From Eledone cirrhosa (taxonomy: Eukaryota): a stretch of DNA of 64,000 nucleotides. Location of the stretch: positions 42,904,001 through 42,968,000 of the forward strand of contig OZ024745.1 of assembly GCA_964016885.1 (NCBI GenBank). The letters are read 5' to 3'. Below the pieces are notes generated by a model. The model had not been told where the DNA came from. It saw only the letters and a list, made by a program, of their open reading frames with translations, and searched no databases. Positions within the stretch are counted from its first letter, which is position 1, and each line of letters starts with the position of its first letter. Positions 1 to 19,365 of the stretch are shown piece by piece. The position numbers and the translations under genes are program-made.

Positions 1-1235
1 CACATTAACATTGCACATCCAACGGACCATACTTGCTTCATTTCTCTCCAGCCGTCGCATATCCTCTGCAGTTGCTGCCCATGTCTCACTACCATGCAAC
101 ATCGCGCATCTCACACAGGCATCATATAACCGTCCTTTCGTACGCAGGAAGAAATCCTTCTTTGTCAACAGAGGAAGCAGCTCCCTAAACTTCTTCCAAC
201 CCGTCCTTATTCTAGATACTATGGCCTCGGAACACCCATGCTTATCTGATCACCTAGGTACCGGAAGCTACCAACCCCTTCTATAGAACCCATCTGCATT
301 GAAAAGATGTGTCTATCACTGCGATTACTACTGCCAATTTTCCCTGTACATCTACTGCATACGTAGTTTTCACTACCTGTTAGTTTGCATGCTATCCCAC
401 TACATCTCTTGTGTGCCCAAGATCTGCATTGCGTACATGTTATGGAATTTATGCCAGTTCCTTTCCTACATATTGAACATGGCCATTTCCCTGATGGAAT
501 CGGAGTATTGTCCTCTCTTCTACTTATCAATACTTTTGTCTTAGTTATGTTCACTCTCAGTCCTCTTTATTTCAACTGCCGTTTTCTTTGCCAGAATTTA
601 TTCTCTAGCTCCTCTACTGATTCTGCTATAAGAACCAGATCATCAGCATAGAGAAGTTCCCATGGGCATCCAGTCTTAAACTCCTCTGTTATGGCTTGGA
701 GGACTATAATGAACAAGAGTGGGCTGAGAACCGAACCCTGATGTACACCTACTTGTATCTGGAATTATTCACGAAACTCCATTCCTACTCTCACTTTACT
801 AACAGCACCCCTGTACATAGCTTGCACTGTCCTCACAAGCCATTCCTCTACACCTAGTTTCCTTAGGGACCACCAGATGACAGATCAGAGTACCCTATCA
901 AAGGACTTCTCTAGGTCAACAAAAGCTAAGTATAGTGCTAAGTATATTCTTCTCTAAGAACCTCTCTTGTAGTTGCCTCACTAAGAAGAGGGCATCTGTT
1001 GTACTTTTCCGGGGCACAAAACCAAACTGCATCTCATCTAGTTTGACCCTTTCTCTAATCAGTTGCGCTAATATCCTTTCTGCCACTTTCATAACCTGAT
1101 CCATCAGCTTTATGCTCCTATAATTGCTCCTCTCCAGAGCATCCCCTTTACCTTTGTAGCAATTTATGAGAATAGTGCTGCACCAGTCTTTGGGTATGAC
1201 ACCACCATATATAGCTTGATTGATGATGCGTGCAA

Positions 1236-1237
<2 letters not shown>
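1..1237 (-). mobile_element. RTE-clade LINE fragment (RT domain, frameshifted), same family as 40981-43906
   Basis: [38 protein letters not shown] and SFRYLG motifs in broken frames; colinear with 41330-42540; abuts (TA)n at 1238. Confidence 0.92.
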
Positions 1238-1510
<273 letters not shown>

Positions 1511-3077
1511 GTACAGATATGTGTTTATACGAATGACCATAGGATTTGCCCCTAGAAAGTCTCCCCACTCCATACCACCGATTTCGTCTAAGCGAAGGGC
1601 TAAGGCCGATAAACCTTGGCACCAGTGATATAAAGTGTCTTACTCAAGGACACAGCTCACCAGGCATTCCGATAATCGAACTCACAACCTTACAATTGTA
1701 AACCCAACGCTCTAAACACTAAGCTATGAACTTATTAAATTTATTTATTTAGAGAGGAGGAGAGGGGATGGAGGGGGAGAAAGTATAGAGAGAGGGGGGA
1801 GAGGGGGAGAATTGAAGTCAGGACAAGACAACGAACGGAAACAAAACAAAACGAAAAGCATTTTTTTAATGGGGAACCTTTAAAATCTTTTTTTTTTTTA
1901 ATATACAAACGAAGGACACAGAACTCCATGATCATCGGCTGTTGAGACGGACTTGGGCAATTTCGACCCCTACCAACGGTACTACTGCTTCATCCGGAAT
2001 CACAGCGCCTGACATAAGCCAAACGCTGTCCAAAGGAGTAAGAAACGAGAGACGAAATATTAATTCATAGTCATTAAGCTACAAAACATATACAATTTTT
2101 TGTGACGTTAGGAAAAATGTCTGGTGCCTCTCATAGCACGTGAAACATGAATGAAACAAAGATAAAAAGAAAAAAGGAAGAAAAATGAAAGTAAGAAGAA
2201 GAAAGTAACTTTCCCTAAGATCTAATTTTATGTAGAGTTTCACTGATCTTCAACTTGTTAGTTGACTTTAAACTGTTTGATAATGTATTCAATCTTTAGT
2301 TTTCCTTTAATCGTCACAGCTGGGTGGATGCAGGAATCATTCGATGTGACAAACTAAGTCAATAATTATTTCCCTTTTCAAATCCCACAACTTGTAATGA
2401 TGATATTGTGGAGAAATAACCATACCAAGATTCCCATGGAATTTTAGTGGTGAGGGGGAGACATGGTAAACAAAAGAAAAAAAGAAAAATTATTACACCA
2501 TATAGGCTACATTGGGAGGTTTGTATCAGACTTAGTAATATTATCTTGACTTGCAAATAGTGTTTGATACACTATACTTTAAGATAAGGGGAGTTACGAC
2601 AAGAATGTTTTTAAACATTGGCCAATGCTTACATGTGATCTAAAATTTTCTTTCTAGCATTGGCACAAGGCCAGCAATTTGGGTGAAAGGGGGAAATCGA
2701 TTATATCGGCTGTGGTACTTTATTTTATGAATCCCAGAAAAATGAAAGGCAAAGTTGACCTCGACCGGATTTGAACTCAGAGCGTAGAAAGTCGTAACTT
2801 AATACGGCAAATCGTCCTATACGACGCTCTACCTATCCAGCACCCTTATATGTGGTTTAAATAACAACAATAATAACAAGATGAGAGGAATGAAGTTCAC
2901 AAAAGGAGTGGCCTGTAAGAAAGAGCAGAAAGAAAGTGTAGATGTTGTTGGAGTTGTATAAAGGATTGTTCTAATATTCAATCAAAACTGTGTGGTCGCT
3001 ACATTGCTACGGAACTGGGAGCCATACATCAGTGATAAACGAATACGTGTACGTATATGTTGCTTGTATAAGGTGAG

Positions 3078-3350
3078 CGTGTTATGTGACTATATGGAGA
3101 AGTGTGTGGGGGTGGAGGGGGCGGGGGTATGTGACTATATGGAGAAGTGTGTGGGGGGGGATATGTGATTATATGGAGAAGTGAGAGCGTGTGAGGGTGT
3201 GGATGTGTGTGGGTGGGTGTTTGTTATGTGATTATATGGAGAAGTGAGAGCGTGTGTGGGTGTGGATGTGTGTGGGTGTGGATGTGTGTGGGTGGGTGTT
3301 TGTTATGTGATTATATGGAGAAGTGAGAGCGTGTGTGGGTGTGGATGTGC
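3078..3350. repeat. Imperfect minisatellite (TATGTGATTATATGGAGAAGTG + GT-rich spacer) x5
   Basis: Motif recurs at about 3083, 3128, 3162, 3224 and 3304. Confidence 0.8.
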
Positions 3351-3954
3351 TCGCGAAAATATTTAGCAATAGATAATGCGTTAGATGGAGATGGTATAAA
3401 CATTTGAGGCCGATGTAGCATTTGCCCACACTTACAGCAACACTACCTCACGCTTGTACTAACATATAAACACAGATATGGATGCATATTTATAGGGACA
3501 CAGCCATAAAAACAGACTGAAATACACAGACGCACAAACACACACAAAGACATAGTCCCAAATAGACACTTATACATGGTCTGTCTTATGTATGTAGATG
3601 TTTACAGACCACAGATGTGCATAAATATGCACATCTGTTTGTTCTAAAATAATGCAAGCACGCGCATACACACATATATAAACAAAAACACGAGCACATA
3701 TAGAAACATCGATACACATACATATTCAGATGTGCTGAAACTGCCATACACAAAACTGTACATATATACAAATGCTTATACTTTCACCCAAACATGGACC
3801 TATTATACACATTGTAGCTTCTATATACATAAAATAGTGACACCCATAGCCATATACTCATTAACGTAAGCGCTTTCAAACACATGTGTACACATACATG
3901 CAACCACACACACAACTATATACGCGTACGTTTACACACAGACGTACACGGCCA

Positions 3955-7242
<3,288 letters not shown>

Positions 7243-7498
7243 GCCAATCAAGACCTAGACCGCCACTATATATATAATGTCAATCATTGTAAATTTGAAT
7301 CTAACGGAAATGCAAAAACATATATATAGGAATAAGGTAAGCCCAAATCATAGTAGATTCAAATATTACAGAGAGAAAGAGAGAGGGGGGGGAGAAATGA
7401 GGTGCAACAGAAATGAAACATGGATTACAGGTTGAAATATAGTCTAGATAGATGAGAAACAAAACGAGGATGTAGTTTATGGAACACCCAAATGATTT

Positions 7499-7958
7499 AG
7501 AAGTCGACCTTAAGTAGGAGCAATAACATTAAGAAAGACATGAACGACCCCACAACATTTTGTTTTGATAATTTTGAAAGTAGGTTTATAAGTATGAATT
7601 TTCATACGATTTTCGTAGTTGTCTCTTTAGCCTAGCGGTAGGTACTAGAGCCGGTGGAGATGCGGGCCCTGGGTTCAATCCTGGCTAAGAGGTACACATG
7701 TGTATATCATGACTCGTGCAGTTTTTATTTTACAACCAATAGAAAAAACTGAAAAGGTTTACCGGGAACCCTGACCAGGATCGAACCTCAGACGAGGATC
7801 ACCACCGTCTATGATTCCTCCACCTAGGTCACCGAAACAGCTATAAAAGTATAATGAAAATTGATAATTATAAACCTACTTTCAAAATCAAAGTTAAAAA
7901 GATGTAGTGTCGTTCATGGCTTTCCTAGAGCTATCAGTAATATTTCGGGTCGACTTCT
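7499..7958. mobile_element. Imperfect foldback (palindromic) element with Pol III-like boxes
   Basis: AGAAGTCGACC/GGTCGACTTCT ends, GAAAGTAGGTTTATAA/TTATAAACCTACTTTC, CATGAACGAC/GTCGTTCATG; B-box-like GGTTCAATCC and its mirror GGATCGAACC. Confidence 0.65.
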
Positions 7959-8437
7959 TGTCATTATTGAAAGTCTCTGGATTTGGCAAAATACATAATA
8001 TTTTTTATTGTAGAAGGTAAGATATTTTTCCGCAAAGAATTGATTGCACTGTTTTGTTTTCAATTATGTATTTTTCGAAAATGTTATTTATTCATTATAA
8101 ATTAAATGATAGCATTCTATACGTAGGTGGACCCCTTCATCTCCTGGCAACCAATATTTTTAGACCCATCCCGCCACTGTATATATATATATATATACAT
8201 ACATATTTACAAATATATATATAACCGTTTGACGGCTGGGAGAACTCAATAGCGAAGTAGAGTTTAAGTATTCATTTTATTAAGGCTAAATAGTCAGTCT
8301 TGTCACTCTAGAGTTTCGGTTTATCCCGTGTTCAATAGGGGATAACCACAGTAAGTAAGGTACTCAATACATGGTAGAGTGTAAATATTTAATATAGAAA
8401 TGGCTTCTACAGGACTAGAACTGCTTCATTCGGGAGA

Positions 8438-9295
<858 letters not shown>

Positions 9296-9454
9296 TGAGA
9301 TTCGATAGGTTGCCATCGATAACTCTGACTGCATGTAGTGTACCAAATACAAGTCAACATACGGCAGAATACGACTGGTGGTGAATTGGCAGAGTTATTA
9401 TGGCGGTATTCTGCGCTCTGCAAGACAAACTTTGCCTCTCATCCTTTCGAAGTC

Positions 9455-9930
9455 TTCTTTCTTCTTCGCCCACTTATTCCTGTGAGGGTCATGGGAGCAG
9501 GGTCCTTAAACACTCCTTCCAGCGGGTCCTGCCAGAGTCAACCATCTCCAGCTTATCCAACTGGATCCCCAAGCGAGACCAGCCAAGCTTATGGATATTA
9601 TCCAACCATCTTCCTCGGGGGTCTACTCATGGATCTCCTGCCAGTTGGTTTTTTCCGTAAAATCTGTCCAGCGATTCTTTCCTGAGACATTCTAACCACA
9701 TGCTGGTTGTATCGGAGCTATGATCTCTCAATTCAGAGAAGTGGCGGCTCTACCTGGAGTGACACTCTGATCTCCGAGCTACACACTCCATCGAGTAACG
9801 TTACTTCAAAGACCCTTCAGGGGAACTCCATTTCGGCCGCTTGTATTCGCGATCGTATTCTTTCGATTATGACCCTAGATTCATGACCATAGGTAAGGGT
9901 TGGCACAAATACAGAAGTGAAGACAGCGAG
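9455..9930 (-). mobile_element. 3' end of a second RTE-type LINE family with (GAA)n tail; related pieces at 10780-11060 (+), 40098-40380 (-), 56308-56940 (-)
   Basis: Four mutually similar segments (e.g. AAACACTCCTTCCAGCG, GACATTCTAACCACATG). The 56.8 kb copy encodes KFKYLGAVF...ELSARIAKA, typical of an RTE C-terminus. Confidence 0.75.
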
Positions 9931-10367
9931 TTGATAAATTATATACCAGTCAAGCCCTAATAACTGATCCCCTCCCCTCTCTCTTTCTCTGTCTTTCTCA
10001 ATCTCTCTATGTCTCTCCTCTTTCTGTCTCTCTAAATCGACTATATGAAGGGGTTAAGAAAAGAGCGTTTACGTCGCGGCGCCAACAAACCATTTACCAT
10101 CAGACTATGGACACGAAAAGAAAGAAAGAACTGCAGCCGGAAGCAACAATTACGAGAACGGGAATCGTAGATTTGGTTCTCTACAAATGTTGCGAGTTTT
10201 CTAGAAAGTTTCTATTTATAATGACTTCAAATCAAAATATAATTCTCGAAAGCCTTGTTAAAAACGTCAAGTTTATATTTTCTAATTTGATTGATTGTTC
10301 TGATATGAATCGCCAGGGCTCTGTTTTGGAGAGTGTTCAACGGCAACAACAATAATAATAATAATAG

Positions 10368-10645
10368 ATTTGGACATGAAAATGTGCGCGAGTGAGAAAA
10401 ATTCGTTAAAAACACTAATATCAGGCTAGATAAAGAAACTAAGATAAGAGAATTAAACAACACACTGACATAAATACAAAGGAATCAATGAACTAGACAG
10501 TGTTCAACACAGAAGGACGATAGAAAAGATGAGTAAGGAATATTATAGACACATTAGATTACTACTTAAAACATAACTAAAGGCAAAAAAAATAAGGTAA
10601 AGGCATCAATACTATAGCTGTACCAGTTATAAGCTACAATTTCAG
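10368..10645 (+). mobile_element. R4/Dong-like LINE RT fragment (degenerate)
   Basis: Broken-frame translation ...MSKEYYRHIRLLLKT*LKAK..KVKGINTIAVPVISYNF, resembling the R4/Dong post-RT region. Confidence 0.55.
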
Positions 10646-12234
10646 ATACTTTTTTTCTTCTATGTCCACGTATTCCTGGGGGGTAGTCCTGGTGGCAGAG
10701 TCCTCAGATATACTTTCCAGGGAGACCTCTCAGAAGCAACCATCTCTAACTGATCCGGCTGGATAGCTCAGAGATCAGGAGTTGCGCCAGGTAGAGCTGC
10801 TAATTCTCTGAATCGAGAGATTACAGCCCCGATACTATGGGAATATGGTTAGAATGTCTAAGGAAAGAATCGCTGGACAGATTTTATGAGCAAAACTAAC
10901 TGGCAGACCCCGTTCAAGATGGTTGGATAACATCCCTGAGCTAGGGGTCTCACTTGGGGATCCAGCCGGATCAGTTGGAGACGGTTGCTTCTGACAACCC
11001 GCTGGAAGGAGTGTTTGAGAATTCTTCCCCCAAGACCCTCACAGGAATAAGTGAGCGAAGAAGTATTGTTTTATTTATTTTCTACGTATTTATCTCTTAT
11101 AACTCTCAAATATTCGAATCATTTTGTTTTAATATTCTCTCTATAAGTTATATAGTTTATATAACACTAATTTATGATTTGACCACTAGGTAAATTGGGT
11201 AGACAGAAATGTGGAATGTCTAAGATATAGGGAGAGAGATCAGGGTTTGAAAAGTTAATGGTAAAAATCATGTTCTCTAATATGTTGTCCGCCTCTTAGT
11301 CGCGGAGTTATATTTGCTACAACCCATGTTGACAGGAATATCATACTCTGAATAACCTGTGTCGTATAGCGCTACTGTTTCGTCTCTTTGAACGTCACAA
11401 GCATTCGAGGCGCATTATGATACCAATACATACCCTAATAGCTACTACCAGCCGCCAAGAGTCGGTAGGTAAACCATCTACGTGTCTAGTATATAGTGTC
11501 TATGACATTTAGCATAATGGTTCTTTATAGGGTCAACGTTTTATTACTTGTATCTACTTTTATTTCTTGTTTTCTTTTTTCTATTCTTGATTCCTTATCA
11601 TTTGATTGACGCTTGATTTTTTATCATTTATTTTAGTTTATTATTCTTTATCTCTTTATTTCTCTGATGTTTATCAGTCTTTTTTACAAATTTGTATACC
11701 TATATTTTATATATGTTTTTAAATGCTGACCACTTCATATACTATGGTTTAATAGTAAATGTTATTGGATACAACATACAACTTATATAGACTTCTCTCA
11801 GACTCCACGACACCTTTTTTCTTTCTTCTCTTCTTCACTTTTCTTGTCTTCTCCTTTTCTTCTTCTCTCTCCTCCTCTTCCTTATCTCCCTTACTCGGTG
11901 TTGTTTTTTGTTGTTGTTGTTTTTTACTTTCATGCTATGTACTTGTTTATAGTATTTAAAGTCCTCCAGAATATACAACAGCACTGTCTTTGTTTGGAGA
12001 GGAAGATCGATTCTGAATTTCATTCTGTTGATATCAGGTTGAGGATGTGACATTCACTTTGTAGTCCCGCTAAAATTAGTTATGTAATTCTCAATGTATA
12101 AATATTTGCATAATACAAAAGCTGCGAGCAGGAATGTTACTGAAACTCTCATTACGCAATAAAGAGATGTTATACTGAATGCATTCTTTGCTTACTTTTA
12201 TATATACACGCAAGCACACACACACACACACACG

Positions 12235-12307
<73 letters not shown>

Positions 12308-12497
12308 CGTTCACAGATTGATTTTTTTTAGTTTCAGAAGATCCCGTTAAAGGTGAAAGCAGCGATTCTTTGCTTAAACTTTAATCTGTTATTTTAATAA
12401 ATATTTGTTCTAGGATTCTTATATATTTGATATATATTTATCCTTATGATATATATTTATCCTCTTTGGATTTTAGTGTTCACACTTATTATTATTA

Positions 12498-12627
<130 letters not shown>

Positions 12628-13187
12628 CTTTGAACTGTTTCCTCTCCACATTTGAAAAGATGGTAATAGCATGTTGAAATACAGTGAGTGAAACATGACT
12701 TTGTTTTATTTTATTTGTCATCATTTGCCCTTTGTATTTTTCTACCCCATTGTATCGGCTTTTCTTTTTAATTATTAATCTTTTATAACATATCTCACAA
12801 TACTTTGTATTAACTACATATACATATAGCAATGAAAATAATTATAATTTGTTATATTCCCATCATTTACCCTAGCAGCATTGCTGATACTACCACAGTC
12901 TTGTTATAGCCGCTGGCTGCCTCCTAACGAGGCTGCTAACAAATAGCAATATGTCTGTTTTCGGAAGTTTATTGGATTTTCTGTTTCTTTTGTGGACGAA
13001 GTGTCCGCTGATGAGATTCCACCAATCCTAAATTACATCATAATTAACTGTTAGTTAACACTTTTTATAAATCTGGAGTTAACACTTTGGTTGAATTGAA
13101 ACCACGTGGTATGGGAAATTATCATAACTCACAGTTGGGTGCGGATGCATTCATGTATATATGTGTGTGTCCGCATATATCTGTGTG

Positions 13188-13240
<53 letters not shown>

Positions 13241-13278
13241 CATACATACATACATACATACATACATACATACATACA

Positions 13279-13311
<33 letters not shown>

Positions 13312-13387
13312 GCATATATATATATATATATATGTATACAACATCTCGAGCGTTGGTGGTGCCACTGAGAATACACCCAGTACTTCG

Positions 13388-14318
13388 TGTAATGTAGCTG
13401 GTGATAGGAAGGACATCCAGTCGTAGAAAACCCGCTAAATAAAAGGTATCTTCAGGACTCTTCAGCTGTGTCAAAGACATGACGACTTCCTTGGTGCTGG
13501 TGCCATGATAAAATACACTCGGTAGAGCGCGGAAACGTATGTAAGGTCAGTAGACCCGCTTGAGTACTGACGAGCGATTCAACACTTGATTATAAGGAAA
13601 GCGGATGTTAAATGATGATGTTATATATTGGCAATATCGGTAGAGGGTCGGACGCCATGCTTTGACGCATAGAGTTACGGCCCTTGCCATTGTGAGTTCA
13701 AATCCCGCCGAGGTTAACTTTGCCTTTCATCCTTACGGAGTCGATAAAATAAAGTACCAGTAATGTACTGGGTAATTGCTGGCCTTGTGCCAATAGTAGA
13801 AACAGTTATATGTGTTTACACATGTATGTGTGTGTACGTGTGTCGAATTGTCTCCATATCCAGAGGTAATTTACTCTATTTTCACAGCTATTATTAATAA
13901 TTGTTTCTACTCTTGGCACAAGGCCTGCAAATACCCAGTACATTACTGGTACTTTATTTTATCGACTCCGTAAGGATGAAAGGCAAAGTTAACCTCGGCG
14001 GGATTTGAACTCACAATGGCAAGGGCCGTAACTCTATGCGTCAAAGCATGGCGTCCGACCCTCTACCGATATTGCCAATATACAACATCATCATTTAACA
14101 TCCGCTTTCCTTATAATCAAGTGTTGAATCGCTCGTCAGTACTCAAGCGGGTCTTCTGATCTTACATACGTTTCCGCGCTCTACCGAGTGTATTTTATCA
14201 TGGCACCAGCACCAAGGAAGTCGTCATGTCTTTGACACAGCTGAAGAGTCCTGAAGATACCTTTTATTTAGCAGGTTTTCTACGACTGGATGTCCTTCCT
14301 ATCACCAGCTACATTACA
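13388..14318. repeat. Long inverted repeat: 417-bp arms (13388-13804 / 13902-14318), 97-bp spacer
   Basis: Manual comparison finds about 7 mismatches and no indels. Confidence 0.95.
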
Positions 14319-14751
14319 GGCAAAGTTAACCTCGGCGGGATTTTAATAATACTTGATTGAGGTTATCTTTGCCTTTCATCCTTACGGGTTCGATAAAATA
14401 AAGTACCAGTAATGTACTGGGTAATTGCTGGCTTTGTGCCAAAAAGTAGAAACAATTATTATAGTCGTTAATGTTGGGACGCCTACTGTTCAAATTTTCC
14501 TTCCTTCCTTCTTAAGTCAAAGCGTTCCTTTTACGTATTCTGTTCCAAATAAAAATAACAGCAATAAGGATAAAAACTACAATAAAGCGTGGTGGGGTGA
14601 AGAACTAAAACAACTAAGAAGGGAAATGACTCAGTCATTAAAAAAATGGAAATACCATTCTACAAATTCCAATTATGAAAAATATAAAGGACTAAAGAAA
14701 AAGTTTAAAAGGTAAATAAATCAAGTCAAAAATGATTTGTGTTTAGATAGA

Positions 14752-15020
14752 GTATTCGGCTCACAATCGTAAGGTCGGGGTTTCGATTCCTAGCTGCGCT
14801 TGAGCAAGACACTTTATTTCACGTTGCTCCAGTCCACTCAGCTGGCAAAAATGAGTTGTACCCGTAATTCGAACGACCAGCCTTGTCACATTCTGTGTCA
14901 CGCTGAATTTCCCTGGGAACCGCGTTAAGGGTACGGGTGTCTGTGGAATGCTCAGCCACTTGCACGTTAATTTCACGAGCAGGCTGCTCCATTGATCGGA
15001 TCAACTGGAACACTAGTCGT
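14752..15020 (+). mobile_element. tRNA-derived SINE with CORE-like segment; partial copies at 1630-1730 (-) and 53760-53905 (-)
   Basis: B-box GTTTCGATTCC followed by CTTGAGCAAGACACTTTATTTCACGTTGCTCCAG. Confidence 0.6.
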
Positions 15021-15029
15021 GCCAGTTAG

Positions 15030-16126
<1,097 letters not shown>

Positions 16127-17059
16127 CTTTCTTCTCTTATCATTCTCTTTTCTCTTTCTATTCCTTGAATTAAAACCTACAAACCTTAACTGTAAATTTC
16201 ACAAGGTGACGTTTACCTTGTATACATGAACTGAAGAACAAAGCGTGTTCGCTCGTGTTGCTAAAACTATAGCTCAGGTTACCAGAGTGCTTTTTAATAA
16301 GATTGAATGTAGTATTTTAATAATCAACCTAAACAACTGTAATAAACGGTATATAAATGTACTCAGTTCGATAACTAAATCGTCATGTATAAACGTACAA
16401 CGGTCAATAAATAGGGCCGATTATTTAGCAGCCGTTTGCATCGACAGGAACGGTTGATAAATATGATCAAATTTACGAATAGGAACATATTGATGGATAC
16501 ATCAACGATAGGCAAACGTTCACAACACGATACATATGAAAGACTATGCATTTGCTATTCAACGCATAATTTGTTATTAATACAAAGAGCGCAAATGCAT
16601 CTACTTGATAGATACGTTTATTCTTCCAAAATGTTGGTGAGATATAGCTGTACACCGTTGGAAGATACCATAAATAACATCTCACTGAAAAACAAACTTC
16701 CAATGATATACTTTGTTATATCAATATATTGTTGATATTATTGTTTACGCCCATGTCAACCTCATGGAACAGATCTATGATCAAAGGCGTTCCAGCCATA
16801 ACCATCCCAGCCTTTTTTCTGACATAATGTTTCTACGTTTCCATTTAAATTTGTATTGGTTCAAAAAATGATAAACGTATTTGATGGCATATAAGACATC
16901 CTTTTTGGAAAACAAAATAGCTTTAAAAAATATCACCCTAGTCATATACACTAAGTTGTGGTAGCTGATAGGCTAGTGTTTTGTTTGTTTTTTATTCATA
17001 ATATTACCTGCTAAAATGGAGTGGAATGTCTGGGGGTCCTATATGCCATCAAATATGTT

Positions 17060-17620
17060 AGCTTTTTCCTCAATCGATCAATTTGTGGTGAGTTAAGGTT
17101 CTTCAAAACTAATATACCATCGTCTCGATAAAAGCCACCATCTCTCTGGGCTAACCACTTCTTCATATTAATTAATATGTATAAACCTACAACATCACTT
17201 ATCTCCACTGAATCATGACCACCCCTATACTAACATAGAAAGGCGTGCATTATCGTATTCTATTTTTGTTATTGTTTTTTTTTTTCTTTCAAATATCATG
17301 ATTTTGATTTCCCTTTCTTTGATGTCTATAACTGATCTCGAAACATTTAGGGATCCTTTGAATAAATATTGATTAATTGAATAATGTTCTTAGATATCGA
17401 ACTGCAAAAATTGGTATTGTCTGTTATTGATGTTGTTGTTATTTGTATAGATTTGAACAATTCTATTACAGTTCCTGTAATATTGCACAGTTCTAGTGGT
17501 GCAATATATTGTAACTTTTGATATTATTATATCGAGTATATAATGTCGGTTTAGTGGGATTATTAATCTGCTGAATAAATATTACTTTTGGTAAATTATT
17601 CTTTCTGTTAAAATTAATTT
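17060..17620 (-). mobile_element. Penelope-like element RT fragment (degenerate)
   Basis: EISDVVGLYIL...GGFYRDDGILV...IDRLRKKL (YRDD catalytic motif typical of PLE RTs). Confidence 0.65.
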
Positions 17621-18371
17621 ATTGGTGTCAGTTAAGGAGAGTTAACTGTATAATATGATATCATAAGTTAATGCTGTCAAATTCTCTACATATTTCAACA
17701 TTAACTGAATGAGCACTCAATAGTGATAAGTGTAAAATATTATTTTCTAAGTAAAAAAGTGGCAGTGACTTCGAAGTTTCAGTTAATCAAACCTTATATA
17801 TAGTTCTCTATTACTCTCTCAACTTTCTTCTCTCTCTCTCTCCCTATCAATTTTTATCTCTCTATATATCACTCCTTCTTACATTCACACATACACTCTA
17901 ATCATTCCATTTCCACCCACGCACGATAAACTTGATAACATTTCCAGCAACGAACGATAAACTTGATAAAGCGAATGCTATTCTTATATCCACATTTGAT
18001 CATTCACTGGACATCTGGACAATCGACCACAAACACAAGAGAGATTTACTTTAAAAACCAAAAACAGGTGATTTTTGCTCGTGCCGGCAAGCCTATGTAT
18101 GTTTTATGACCGTAACTGTGCTTAATTTAAACATTGCATCTATGATATACTAAAGTTAAACCGCTCATTTCGATCGATAGCTGTGTTTGCCTACTGCTTA
18201 TCTTCTATAAATATCGCCTGTTAGAAATCCTTATCACTAGCCGAACTCACTAGGTTTAACGATAAAATAAAACCGTTGTTATGTGTATATGAGCGAATGT
18301 ACACAAGGAAAGTAAATTTATTTCGTCGTGAAAATGAAGTGTGAATTATGACATTTATATGTCTATATGTT

Positions 18372-18425
<54 letters not shown>

Positions 18426-18634
18426 TATATATATGTTTATGTGTATATTATATGTGCTTGTGTTTATACACATACATATATAAGTATATAGTAATACATG
18501 AAATAAAACAAATAATAAAACAAGTATTTGGAAAATCGCGATAAAAAAAACTGACGTAATTATTGTACAAGCATATAAGAATGACAATAGATAGAACATT
18601 GGAATAACAAGACAAGCAACGGTGATTATGTCGT

Positions 18635-18693
18635 TGGTGATGATCTTGATCGTGATGATCATGATGGTCGTAATGATGATGATCACCATCATG

Positions 18694-18731
<38 letters not shown>

Positions 18732-19365
18732 TGCAATCACTATCATCAACGTCAGCAGAATCGCCGTCATCATCATAATCATCATCATCATCATCATAAT
18801 CATTATCATCATCATCATAATCATTATCATCATCATTATCATCAACACATCGTCATCATTAACAACATTATCAACATCATAATCATCATAATCATCATGA
18901 GAACAACGAGAACGACAATGGGAATGGTAAAAAAGATGAGGGCGGTAAAAAAAAAAGATGAGGAGGTGTTATGAGTAGTAGGAGAAGAAGGAAGAGGGTA
19001 GGCGGAGTGACTCAATAGAACAAATAATGCTGAAATATATGGCTAGATAACAAATATTTGTTATAATAGATCAGTTGTAAATGGAAACCTACATGAAAAT
19101 GGGAGATTAGAAATCAATGCAGAAGAAATATATAACAATAAAATATATATAAAATATAAGATATATATAAAATATAAAATATAAAAAATATATAAAATAT
19201 ATATAAAATATAACATATATAAAATACATATAAAATATAAAATATATATAAAATATAAAATATATACAAAATATAACATATATATAAAATATAAAATATA
19301 TATAAAATATAAAATATATATAAAATATAAATATAAAATATAACACATAAAAATATAAAATATAA
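18635..19365. repeat. (CAT)n trinucleotide tract and AT-only ATATAAAAT minisatellite
   Basis: (ATC)n at 18640-18898; ATATAAAAT-type repeats at 19130-19365. Confidence 0.9.

Noticed and set aside
16245-16735. 70-99 aa ORFs in a non-repetitive block
   Set aside because: No recognisable motifs, and all frames between the candidate splice sites contain stops.
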